From the NCBI GenBank assembly GCA_033549025.1, contig JAWSUS010000023.1, positions 1-54,710 on the forward strand: a DNA stretch of 54,710 nucleotides, given 5' to 3'. Both the position numbers and the translations under genes were made by a program. A model generated the notes under the pieces. The model was not told the DNA's origin. It was given only the letters and a program-made list of their open reading frames with translations, and searched no databases. Source of the DNA: Desulfuromonadales bacterium. GTDB lineage: Bacteria > Desulfobacterota > Desulfuromonadia > Desulfuromonadales > SZUA-540. Every line of letters starts with the position of its first letter. Position 1 is the first letter of the stretch. Shown here one piece after another: positions 40,000-48,883 of this stretch.

Positions 40000-41265
40000 C
40001 TACTTGCGCTGAAAGTCGCTGCTGGCAAAGGAGTAGGAGAACTGCATGTGGTCGGTGTAGGTGTCTTCGAGAATGCCGACAACGTCTTCGGTAAAGACGA
40101 GTTCTTCATCCGTGGGGATGACGAACACCTTGATCTTCGAGTCGGGTTTGGTGATGACCGTCTCCCGTTTGCGCGTCATGGTGTTGCGGTTTTTCTCCTT
40201 GTCGAGGAGGATCCCCATAAATTCGAGACCTTCCAGGGCCTTTTCCCGAATGAGCCAGGCCATCTCCCCGACGCCGGCTGTGAAAACAACGGCGTCGATA
40301 CCGCCGATGGCCGCGGCATAGGTGCCGATATATTTTTTGAGGCGGTAAGCTTCGATCTCGAGCGCCAGTTGGCAGCGTTCATCGCCTTTTTCTGCTCCCT
40401 CAATAACGTCGCGACGGTCGGTGAACTGACCGGTGATACCGTAGATGCCGCTCTTCTTGTTGAGGATGGAGTCGATCTCGCGAGGGTTAAAGCCCTCCTG
40501 GTCCATGATAAAGGCCGGGATGGCGGGGTCGATGTCGCCGCAGCGTGTCCCCATGACGGCCCCTTCGAGCGGGGTCAGGCCCATGGTGGTGTCGACGGAG
40601 ACGCCCCCCTTGATGGCGCAATGAGACACGCCGTTGCCGATGTGCATGGTGATGATGTTGCAGTCCTTCGGGGCTTTGTCGAGCAGAACCGCCGCCCGCT
40701 TGGAAACATAAAGATGGCTGGTGCCGTGAAAACCGTAGCGGCGCACGCCGTACTTTTCGTACCACTCGTAGGGCAGGGGGTAGATGTAGGCATGCTGGGG
40801 CATGGTCTGGTGAAAAGCGGTGTCGAAAATAGCCACGTGTGGAACGTTGGGCAGCACAGCCTGGGCGGCTTCGATGCCGGCGATGTTGGGAGGATTGTGC
40901 AATGGGGCCAGGTGCTGGACGTCTTTGATGGCGTTTAGGACTTCGTCATCGATGCGAACGGAACGGGTGAACTTTTCACCGCCGTGGACGACCCGATGGC
41001 CAACAGCTGAGATCTTGTTCAGATCGCTGACCACCCCATGGGTTTTGTCGGTCAAGGTTTTGATAATAAGGTGCATGGCCACCTTATGGTCAGGGCATTC
41101 GTACTCTTCCCGGTACGTCTCCCGTCCGGGAACTTCGTGAACGATAAAAGAGTCCCCAATAGTGACACGCTCAACCATGCCCTTGGCGATGACTTCCTTC
41201 CGTTCCCAGTCAAAGAGCTGGTATTTGAGTGATGAGCTGCCGCAGTTCAGAGCGAGTATATCCAT
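40000..41265 (-). CDS. ackA: Acetate kinase
   Basis: LNCGSSSLK, GHRVVHGG, APLHNP, FDTAFH, RYGFHGTSH, TPLEG, PTDEE. Confidence 0.97.
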   Translation of the reverse strand: MDILALNCGSSSLKYQLFDWERKEVIAKGMVERVTIGDSFIVHEVPGRETYREEYECPDHKVAMHLIIKTLTDKTHGVVSDLNKISAVGHRVVHGGEKFTRSVRIDDEVLNAIKDVQHLAPLHNPPNIAGIEAAQAVLPNVPHVAIFDTAFHQTMPQHAYIYPLPYEWYEKYGVRRYGFHGTSHLYVSKRAAVLLDKAPKDCNIITMHIGNGVSHCAIKGGVSVDTTMGLTPLEGAVMGTRCGDIDPAIPAFIMDQEGFNPREIDSILNKKSGIYGITGQFTDRRDVIEGAEKGDERCQLALEIEAYRLKKYIGTYAAAIGGIDAVVFTAGVGEMAWLIREKALEGLEFMGILLDKEKNRNTMTRKRETVITKPDSKIKVFVIPTDEELVFTEDVVGILEDTYTDHMQFSYSFASSDFQRK

Positions 41266-41551
41266 GAAGCGAATGTCCTCCTCGGATTAGGTAGATAAAA
41301 GAGACTGATATTTCAAAATATTGTTTTATATGGCTGAAAAAATTTGTTGAAAATAAAAAATGTCCGCAATAAATTCAGCCTGTTGGGCCACTGTATAGCG
41401 GATAAAAATGTTCTAGAAGACTATAGCAACGCTGTTCGGATTGCAAGAACTTTGTTTCATTTTCAGGGTTCTTTGGGGGTGGACACGGGGTGGCAACTGG
41501 TGTATATATGCCCGATAAGAAGACAATAAACAGGAAAAGGAGGTGATTCCT

Positions 41552-41722
41552 TTGGCTCACACTATTACTGAAGAGTGTATCAACTGCGGTGCTTGCGAAC
41601 CCGTCTGCCCCGTTGACGCCATCAGCGAGCAGGGTGACGTTCGCGTCATCGACGCAGCTACCTGCACTGATTGCGGCGCCTGTGTCGACACCTGCCCCGT
41701 CGACGCGATCAACGCTCCCTGA
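41552..41722 (+). CDS. 2[4Fe-4S] ferredoxin (56 aa, absent from the ORF track)
   Basis: AGGAGGT RBS plus TTG; MAHTITEECINCGACEPVCPVDAIS...CTDCGACVDTCPVDAINAP with two CxxCxxCxxxCP motifs. Confidence 0.95.
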   Translation: MAHTITEECINCGACEPVCPVDAISEQGDVRVIDAATCTDCGACVDTCPVDAINAP

Positions 41723-41735
41723 TCGACCCGTACCA

Positions 41736-41768
41736 AGGGGCGGCTCTCGGGCCGCCCCTGATTTTTTT
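41736..41768 (+). terminator. Terminator after the ferredoxin
   Basis: AGGGGCGGC...GCCGCCCCT followed by a T-run. Confidence 0.65.
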
Positions 41769-41812
41769 CTGCCATCCCCTGAAATTTGTCCCTCGGTAAA
41801 CGGGAGGTTCGC

Positions 41813-42004
41813 ATGTTCGGATTGGGCACCACGGAGCTCGTCATCATTTTGGTGCTGGTGCTGGTGATCTTTGGCGCCGGCAAGTTGCCCGAAATCGGCG
41901 GGGCCCTTGGCAAGGGCATCCGCAACTTCAAGAAATCCACCCAGGAACCCGATGAAATAGATATCAGTCCTGATCGCAAGGATGAAGACGAGGAGCCGAA
42001 GTAG
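41813..42004 (+). CDS. tatA: Twin-arginine translocase TatA/E subunit
   Basis: MFGLGTTEL...[23 protein letters not shown]. Confidence 0.95.
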   Translation: MFGLGTTELVIILVLVLVIFGAGKLPEIGGALGKGIRNFKKSTQEPDEIDISPDRKDEDEEPK

Positions 42005-42024
42005 GCATCCTCAGGCCAGAAGTT

Positions 42025-42065
42025 CCAACTAAAAAAGCCGCACAATGTGCGGCTTTTTTAGTTGG
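42025..42065. terminator. Bidirectional terminator
   Basis: CCAACTAAAAAAGCCGCACA-A-TGTGCGGCTTTTTTAGTTGG. Confidence 0.85.
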
Positions 42066-42078
42066 TGAAGCAGAGAAA

Positions 42079-43629
42079 TTACTGCTTGGAGCCAGGCTTG
42101 GAATCGGCCATTTCGACCGTGAACTCGCTCAGGTCGCGCGGCAGGTTCTTGAAGACGATGGTGAAGGGAATGCGGGCGCCGGGAGCGACGTTAAGATTGG
42201 AGAGGGAGTCGCCGAACTGATTGTTCATGGCTTCTTCGATCTTGGTAAAAGGCCATTCCTGCAGTTCCGTTGCCGTGAGGCGGTTGCCGCAGAAGACGGT
42301 CTGTTGCAGCAGGGCTTTGCCGTTCGGGTTGTAGAGAACGCCCTTGACGGCAATGGCCGAACGAACCTCTTTGAACTGGTTGACCGCCTGGCCCTGAATG
42401 ACAAAGAGCTCACCAGCCTCGCGGTTGTTGACAAAGGTACTGGAGAGATCCGTGATCTGGATCTGTCCGGCCGGTTGCGCCGGGGACGCCTGGCCGGTCA
42501 ACTGGGCGATGATGGCGGCGACGTCGAGATTTCCCTGTTTGTAAAAGAAGTACCCGCCAGCGGCGCTCAGACCGAGGAGAAGCACAAGGATAAAAAGAAT
42601 GAGACCGCGCAAGGGGCTCTTGCGGGGTTTGCTCCCTGGCTTTTTCTTGGACTTGGCCGTTTTTTTTGAACCTTTGTCGGTAGGCTCTTTGGCGGCTTCC
42701 TTCTGGGGCGGAATCGCGGCGGCAGCGGCCGACGTTTCCTCTTCCTCCTCCGGTTCGCCAAACAGAAAGTTCGTTTCGGCTGCGTTCTTGTCTACAAGAT
42801 CCTCATCCTCGAAAGGCTGGTTCAAGGAGGGGGTGGAAGCGGACTCCTCAAATTCAAAATCGCCGGCGCCGCTTTCAGGAGATGTTTCCTCCCAGGAAAA
42901 GTCATCGTCGCTGGTTCCGGCAAAGCTGTCATCAAACGGAGAGGCTGTCTCTTCGGATGTTTCGTCCGTCTCGGTGGCAAAGAAATCTTCCGTATCCGAC
43001 GGTGACTCGTCCGTGAAGCCGAAATCGTCCTCTGTCGTCTCGCTGCCAAAGTCGAAGTCTTCAGTCGAGTCTTCACCGGGCAGAGCGGTTTCCTCCGTCA
43101 GCCCGCCAAAGAAGTCGTCGTCCTGCTCGCCGCTCTCGGCCGAAACTTCAGCAGGGCTATCCTGGTCGCCGGCCTCCAAAGAGGTTTCTGCCGTATCCCC
43201 GAAGGAAAAAGGCAGCTCTTCCTTGTCTTCCTCTGTCCCCTCGCCGAAAGAGAATTCATCGAAGGCTGGAGAATCGAAGGATGAAGACGATGTCTCCGTG
43301 GCTGTTTCTTCCGTCTCTTTTTCGAACAGGCCATTGGCTACGTCTTCGTCGTCGCTGGTTTCAAAGGCGCTGAAGTCGAGATCGAGTTTAGGGCCGGCCG
43401 GTTGCTCCGGTTCGGGGGAGGGTGCGGTAAAGGATTCCTCCGTTTCTTCCGAAGGCGATGAAGCGGTTGCCACATCGGTCTCGACGGGTATGGAAGTCTC
43501 TTCGGGCTCAGGAGGGTGAACGGTAAAAATATGCCGGCATTTTGAACAGCGCACTTTCGTGCCTTCGGGTTTGATTTTTTCATCCGCGAGTTTAAAACGG
43601 GCCTGGCACTCGGAGCATTGGATGATCAT
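42079..43629 (-). CDS. MJ0042-type zinc-ribbon / acidic linker / TM / DUF3426 protein
   Basis: MIIQCSECQARF...VRCSKCRHIF; long D/E/F-rich linker; single TM; C-terminal Ig-like domain. Confidence 0.85.
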   Translation of the reverse strand: MIIQCSECQARFKLADEKIKPEGTKVRCSKCRHIFTVHPPEPEETSIPVETDVATASSPSEETEESFTAPSPEPEQPAGPKLDLDFSAFETSDDEDVANGLFEKETEETATETSSSSFDSPAFDEFSFGEGTEEDKEELPFSFGDTAETSLEAGDQDSPAEVSAESGEQDDDFFGGLTEETALPGEDSTEDFDFGSETTEDDFGFTDESPSDTEDFFATETDETSEETASPFDDSFAGTSDDDFSWEETSPESGAGDFEFEESASTPSLNQPFEDEDLVDKNAAETNFLFGEPEEEEETSAAAAAIPPQKEAAKEPTDKGSKKTAKSKKKPGSKPRKSPLRGLILFILVLLLGLSAAGGYFFYKQGNLDVAAIIAQLTGQASPAQPAGQIQITDLSSTFVNNREAGELFVIQGQAVNQFKEVRSAIAVKGVLYNPNGKALLQQTVFCGNRLTATELQEWPFTKIEEAMNNQFGDSLSNLNVAPGARIPFTIVFKNLPRDLSEFTVEMADSKPGSKQ

Positions 43630-43652
43630 GTGTTTCTCTCCTATAAGGCTTG

Positions 43653-44180
43653 TCAGACGCCTTCCACCAGATAGATGTCTGGAAGATTGCGGTATTTTTC
43701 ATCGAAATCGAGGCCATAGCCGACAATGAAGCCATCTTCCATGGTGATGCCGGTGTAATCCGCTTCGATATCCACCTCACGGCGCGCTTTTTTGTCGATG
43801 AGAGTACATATTTTGAGAGACTTGGGGTCGCGCAGGAGCAGACGATTGAACAGCGACTGCAGGGTGAAGCCGCTGTCGACAATGTCTTCGACGATAATGA
43901 CATTTCGCCCTTTTATGGGCTCTTCCAGATCTTTGCGCATTTCGACGATGCCGGAAGACTGGGTGTCGGACCCATAGCTTGCCAGTCGCACAAAGTCGAC
44001 CACGACCTGGGAGGTGATTTCTCTGACCAGATCGGCGAAAAAGAGGAAGGATCCTTTGAGCACACCGACCAGCAGAACCTCTTCCTGGCCATAGTCACGA
44101 CTGATTTCCTCGCCGAGACGTTTGACCTGTTCGGTGATATAGTCCTTCGAATAGAGCACTGTCAGGGTGGATTTTTCCAT
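43653..44180 (-). CDS. hpt: Hypoxanthine phosphoribosyltransferase
   Basis: GVLKGS, IIVEDIVDSGFT, VGYGLDFDEKYRNLP. Confidence 0.95.
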   Translation of the reverse strand: MEKSTLTVLYSKDYITEQVKRLGEEISRDYGQEEVLLVGVLKGSFLFFADLVREITSQVVVDFVRLASYGSDTQSSGIVEMRKDLEEPIKGRNVIIVEDIVDSGFTLQSLFNRLLLRDPKSLKICTLIDKKARREVDIEADYTGITMEDGFIVGYGLDFDEKYRNLPDIYLVEGV

Positions 44181-44361
44181 GCGATTTCCTGAAAAAGGGG
44201 ATGGTGAATCAAAGCTGTATTCTATAGCAAGATAACGGATTTGTGTCAATTTATTCGGTATATTTCAATGGGTTTACAGGTGGCTTTGATGAATGTGGTA
44301 AAATAAAAAGGTTGTTTTTTCCCGCAAGCGGGATTTTTTCCAATTCAAAGGAGGTTGCAGG

Positions 44362-45057
44362 ATGCAGATAAAAGGGGTGTGGGCCGGATTTCTGCTGGTG
44401 GTTCTTTTTTCCGGCTTGGCTTTGGCGCAAGAGCCACGACTGCGGGCGGAAACGACCAATTTTCGTTTTGGTGAAATATACCAGGGGCAGCAGCTGGAGC
44501 ATGCCTTTCGCCTCGAAAATACCGGCAATGCGCCACTGCTCATCGAGAGGATTCGGAGCTCCTGTGGCTGTACGGCAGCCCTGCTGTCCGAATACCAGAT
44601 TGAACCAGGGCAGTCAGCCCAACTGCGGGTGACCTTCGATTCGACCCGCTTCCGTGGTCCGGTCGTCAAAACGGTCTACGTCTACACCAATGATCCGCTT
44701 CACCGGGTCGCCCAATTCTATCTGCGCGGCCAGGTGACACCTGAGCTCGTACTGGAGCCTGCCAGGGCCGATCTGGGGGCGCTGGAGGCCGGCGCCGTCG
44801 GCGAAGCGGCTATAGTGATCGGCAATGTTGGCCCGCAGAACATTGCGATTCAGGATATCCAGACCGACCTGCAGGATGTTCGGGCCACTCTTTCCAGCGA
44901 AATGCTGCAGGCAGGTGGATCCGTGACCCTCCACATCACCGTGGCGGCGGGGGAGGGGGCGGTCAAACGTAAAGGATATGTCGTCATATCCACCGACAGC
45001 CCCTATTCGCCCGTGGTAAAGGTTCCCGTCAGCTTTTCCGTGCTACGTGGGGAGTAG
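44362..45057 (+). CDS. Exported DUF1573-domain (Ig-like) protein
   Basis: Signal peptide; NTGNAPL.IERIRSSCGCT; VYTNDP. Confidence 0.82.
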   Translation: MQIKGVWAGFLLVVLFSGLALAQEPRLRAETTNFRFGEIYQGQQLEHAFRLENTGNAPLLIERIRSSCGCTAALLSEYQIEPGQSAQLRVTFDSTRFRGPVVKTVYVYTNDPLHRVAQFYLRGQVTPELVLEPARADLGALEAGAVGEAAIVIGNVGPQNIAIQDIQTDLQDVRATLSSEMLQAGGSVTLHITVAAGEGAVKRKGYVVISTDSPYSPVVKVPVSFSVLRGE

Positions 45058-45125
45058 GTGTGAAAATGCTCTGGGCCGAAAAGGATCGCCCGCCTGCCGG
45101 CATCGAGTTAAGTCAGGGAGAGTCT

Positions 45126-45566
45126 ATGGAAAACCAGCCCGTTTCTTCCGCTCAGCGAAGATTTTTTCTCACCGTGGTGCTGGCCGCTATCGGCGCCGCT
45201 CTGGCGTTTCTGGCCGGTTGGCCCTTGTTGCGCTTTCTCGCGCCTCTGCAGAAGGATGGGGACAATGGGCGCGTCGCCATTGAGCGGAATCGCCTCGAGG
45301 TCGGCGGTGTCCTGTTTTTCAGCTATCGTGGCGGCACCGCCGTGGTCATGCAGATGACGCCCGGCGAATTCACGGCGTTTTCTGCCATCTGTACCCACCT
45401 CGGTTGCGTCGTACAGTGGAAGCCTCAGCAGCAGGAATTCGTGTGCCCCTGTCATGCCGGCCGTTTTTCCCCAACCGGTGCCGTTCTGGGCGGGCCCCCG
45501 CCAAAGCCTCTGGAGCCCTTGCCTGTGACCCTCTCGGGGGAACAGCTTCTCATCGGAGAGGAGTGA
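45126..45566 (+). CDS. Rieske 2Fe-2S subunit (CbcV-like)
   Basis: Tat motif QRRFFL; CTHLGC and CPCHAG boxes; GPPPKPL. Confidence 0.93.
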   Translation: MENQPVSSAQRRFFLTVVLAAIGAALAFLAGWPLLRFLAPLQKDGDNGRVAIERNRLEVGGVLFFSYRGGTAVVMQMTPGEFTAFSAICTHLGCVVQWKPQQQEFVCPCHAGRFSPTGAVLGGPPPKPLEPLPVTLSGEQLLIGEE

Positions 45567-45569
45567 ACC

Positions 45570-46670
45570 ATGCGTCTCCTTGCGGGGATGGTCGAATTTC
45601 TGGATGCCCGGCTGGGTATCCGCGAGCTCGTCAAAACCAACCTGACTGGTTACCTGGTGCCAAGGCAAATCAATGTCTGGTACGCCCTGGGGTCTGTGCT
45701 GCTGACGCTCTTTGCCGTCCAGGTGGTTAGCGGCATGCTGCTGCTGATTTATTACGTGGCGCATGCCGCCATGGCCTATGACAGTGTCCACCGGATTATG
45801 AACGAGGTGCCCTTCGGCTGGCTGTTCCGCTATCTGCACGTCGTCGGTTCCAATGTGATCGTCATCGTCCTGCTGCTGCATATGCTCTCCGTTCTCTTCA
45901 TGGGCAGCTACAAGAAACCGCGGGAGCTCAACTGGCTCTCCGGATTCATCCTTCTCAACCTGACCTTCGGTCTGTGTCTGACCGGCTATCTGCTGCCCTG
46001 GAGCCAGTTGTCCTTCTGGGCGACCACGGTCGCCACCGATGTGGCGGGTGCTGTACCCTTTGCGGGGGAGGCGCTGGTGAGAATGCTGCGGGGCGGCACC
46101 ATGGTTTCAGAGGCCACGCTAGGACGATTCTTTGTCCTGCATGTCATCGGCCTGCCTCTGCTTCTGGCTCTTTTGATCGGATTTCATCTCTTCTGCGTCC
46201 GGCGGGTCGGTATTTCGACCCCTCCATTCGCATCAGGCAGCCAGGGAGCACCGACAGACAACCCTCCGTCACCCGCTGCTGTAGCAAACGACATCCCCTT
46301 CTTTCCCAACGTCATCACCAAGGACCTGGCCGTCAACGCCTTTGTCTTCGCCGTTTTTATGGCTCTGACTTTTTTTGCGCCCCACCTGTTTATTCCGCCG
46401 GCTGCCTTTGTGCCAGCCGACCCCTTTGTGACGCCGCCCGGCATCAAGCCCGAGTGGTATTTCCTCTGGGCCTATCAGACCATGAAGATTTTCCCCAATG
46501 AATTCCTGGGGCTTGCCGCCCAGGGTGCCGCCATGACCTTTATTGCGCTGCTGCCTTTCATCGACCGCGGGCCAGAACGCCGTCCGGCTAAGAGGCCGCT
46601 CTTTGTCACCTGTTTTGTCCTCGGCCTGCTCCTGTTTGTCGCCATTTCCCTGTGGGGGCACCACTCATGA
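45570..46670 (+). CDS. Cytochrome b/b6 fused with subunit IV (CbcW-like)
   Basis: GYLLPWSQLSFW, heme His residues, PEWY motif. Confidence 0.93.
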   Translation: MRLLAGMVEFLDARLGIRELVKTNLTGYLVPRQINVWYALGSVLLTLFAVQVVSGMLLLIYYVAHAAMAYDSVHRIMNEVPFGWLFRYLHVVGSNVIVIVLLLHMLSVLFMGSYKKPRELNWLSGFILLNLTFGLCLTGYLLPWSQLSFWATTVATDVAGAVPFAGEALVRMLRGGTMVSEATLGRFFVLHVIGLPLLLALLIGFHLFCVRRVGISTPPFASGSQGAPTDNPPSPAAVANDIPFFPNVITKDLAVNAFVFAVFMALTFFAPHLFIPPAAFVPADPFVTPPGIKPEWYFLWAYQTMKIFPNEFLGLAAQGAAMTFIALLPFIDRGPERRPAKRPLFVTCFVLGLLLFVAISLWGHHS

Positions 46671-47476
46671 GAATCGCTGTCTGTCTATTGATGGGTTTGG
46701 TGACCTTTCTGTTGGTGTCGATATCAGCCGCGGCCGTAACGAAACCAGAGGAAGCGACTGTCTGCTTGCAGTGCCACGGCGCTCAGGATGGTCGGCTCGG
46801 TCAGCCTGTGCCCCAGTGGCGCCAGAGTATCCACGCCGAGCAGGGCATCTCCTGCCACCATTGTCACGGCGGCGACCCCACGGATGCCCCAATGGCGATG
46901 AGTCCCGAAAGGGGCTTTGTCGGGGTGCCGGCCCCTGCGCAGGTGGCCGACTTCTGTGGCCGCTGCCATATCGGCGTACTCGAAGACTATCTCGCCAGCG
47001 CGCATGGCAAAGCCCCCGGCGGTGCCGGCCCCCAGTGTGTAACCTGCCATGCGGCCCACCCCGTCAAAAAAGCCAGCCTTGATCTGATCAATCCCCAAGC
47101 CTGCGGGCAATGCCATGGCTATGAGCGCGCAGACGAAATTCGCAGCGCCCTGGCCGCTACCGACCATGAAATCGCCGAACTGGAGAAAGAGTTGGATCTG
47201 CTGCAGGGCCAGGGAGTAGCCATTGACACCCTGCAGAAGTCACTGTTCTCGCTACGCAACGAATACCACCGACTCTTTCACAGCGTCGATTTGCTGAAAA
47301 TAAAAGCCGAAACAGAAAAATTCAGGGAATCCCTGCGCGAAATGCGGCAGCAGGTCGATGCCATTCTCGACGAGCTGGCCGGACGCAAGGTCTATGGCGC
47401 CATCGTTGTCGGCTTTTTTGTTCTGGCCGGTTTCGTGCTGCTGTTGATTCGCAAGACCTACGAAGAGGAAGAGTAA
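46667..47476 (+). CDS. Pentaheme cytochrome c with C-terminal membrane anchor (CbcX-like)
   Basis: Five CxxCH motifs (CLQCH, CHHCH, CGRCH, CVTCH, CGQCH), coiled coil, C-terminal TM. Confidence 0.92.
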   Translation: MRIAVCLLMGLVTFLLVSISAAAVTKPEEATVCLQCHGAQDGRLGQPVPQWRQSIHAEQGISCHHCHGGDPTDAPMAMSPERGFVGVPAPAQVADFCGRCHIGVLEDYLASAHGKAPGGAGPQCVTCHAAHPVKKASLDLINPQACGQCHGYERADEIRSALAATDHEIAELEKELDLLQGQGVAIDTLQKSLFSLRNEYHRLFHSVDLLKIKAETEKFRESLREMRQQVDAILDELAGRKVYGAIVVGFFVLAGFVLLLIRKTYEEEE

Positions 47477-47552
47477 GGTGCCGCCCTGAACAGCCCCGGC
47501 GCAAGAATGCGGTTGCAATTCGGCAGGAGATGGTTTATATAGAACAGCCCAT

Positions 47553-47629
<77 letters not shown>

Positions 47630-47636
47630 ATAAAAA

Positions 47637-47670
47637 CAAAGGGTTACGGTTTTCGCCGTAGCCCTTTTTT
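47637..47670 (+). terminator. Terminator after the tRNA
   Basis: AAAGGGTTACGG-TTTTCG-CCGTAGCCCTTTTTT. Confidence 0.75.
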
Positions 47671-47675
47671 GCGTC

Positions 47676-47704
47676 TGTGCCCAAGTTGTGCCCATCCTGT
47701 GCCC
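47676..47704 (+). repeat. Three TGTGCCC direct repeats with 11-bp period (integrase arm-type-like sites)
   Basis: TGTGCCC at 47676, 47687 and 47698, just 3' of the tRNA. Confidence 0.7.
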
Positions 47705-48106
47705 GCCCTTTCTTGATTTTGACCCTTGGCTTGGGTTTTTGGAGGTTTTCCGCTGGCCAAAGGTCAGTGAAAAAATGACCTTTGGCCAATTCCTGTTTGA
47801 ATGGATAAAGAAATCAGGAATTTATCAAATAAAAAAGCATGCCAAGAAAATTTTCCTTTTGATTTACTCTTTGGATCTCCCAGGAGGACCTTTGGTCAGA
47901 AATTTCTTGTTCTGATGAAATCCGTTAGGTGCTTTTGCCTAAAACTTTCACCCTGTTATTAGTCAAAACCATCCATTAGTTTTCACGGGTGCTGGCTACC
48001 CTGGTTGGGGGGGTTCGTAATTCAGGGGATCTAAGAATTAATGATATCCGGAACCTCCTCCTGCCAAATCGTCAATTCGGGACTATTTCCGAGGTAGTCG
48101 AGAAAC

Positions 48107-48245
48107 TTGACCATGCAATGCGCCTGGGGTAAGTTGGGAACATCTCATTTCTGTGAATTTCCTGGAGGACAGATCGATTTTATATATCCCCAAAAAAAAC
48201 AGAGAACCGCTGCTGGCCTTTAATGCTGGTCAGCGGTTTTGTTTT
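48107..48245 (+). ncRNA. Candidate short transcript or leader unit 1 (promoter + about 100 nt + terminator)
   Basis: TTGACC-N17-TAAGTT; terminator AACCGCTGCTG...CAGCGGTTTTGTTTT. Confidence 0.45.
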
Positions 48246-48294
48246 GCCTCCCTCAATCTATCTGCATGAAGGGCGCTTTACTGGAGAATTTTTT

Positions 48295-48798
48295 ATGGAT
48301 CTAGCTTATAACTTAATAAGAAGCTCGGACAAGTTATCTCCTCACGTGGTAATTGAGAATTGTACTTTGGGGGGGAATATTTGCAAAATAAATTTGCGTG
48401 CTTTCGATGAAGAAACAAGAACTCTATGGACGGAATGCACACAATTTATTGCAGATAGGTTGTCTTCTGAGATGCGCAATGTCGACAACAATAAGGCCCT
48501 TCAGAGCTGCGAAGAAGTTATTGCTTTCTCTTCAATTCTGTTACAATGCAATGTTAATCCAGTTTTGAAGATTGCATTATTTTCTGAACTAAATGTCTTC
48601 GGATACATGTTTGATCGTAGTTCCAATAACTATATGAAATGTGCTAGGGAGCTCAACGACTTTCTCAACCTGGTTGACGAATTTAAAAGAAGCCTTTCCA
48701 AGCCAGACTTGGATATTTGGAACAATTCAACATATGGTGGAGCCGAACAAGTCCCTTTTTTTCGAGGTTATTTGCAAGGGATTATGGCGGGCAATTGA
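48295..48798 (+). CDS. AT-rich hypothetical protein (possible gene cassette)
   Basis: GGAG RBS before ATG 48295; 167-aa ORF followed by an attC-like site. Confidence 0.6.
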   Translation: MDLAYNLIRSSDKLSPHVVIENCTLGGNICKINLRAFDEETRTLWTECTQFIADRLSSEMRNVDNNKALQSCEEVIAFSSILLQCNVNPVLKIALFSELNVFGYMFDRSSNNYMKCARELNDFLNLVDEFKRSLSKPDLDIWNNSTYGGAEQVPFFRGYLQGIMAGN

Positions 48799-48810
48799 AA
48801 GATCCGTACC

Positions 48811-48873
48811 TACTAACAATTGGACCGAGCGCGACATATGCTTTTCAGGCGCGGCTCACCCTTCACCTTAGAC
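48811..48873 (+). other. Degenerate integron attC-like site
   Basis: R''-like TACTAAC ... GAGCGCG/CGCGGCTC (bulged G) ... R'-like CTTAGAC (GTT mutated), between two ORFs. Confidence 0.45.
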
Positions 48874-48883
48874 ATGAACTCGG

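Noticed and set aside
48000..48030. GGTTGGGGGGGTTCGTAATTC resembling a tRNA T-arm or att duplicate
   Set aside because: It does not match the tRNA-Arg 3' end and forms no cloverleaf.
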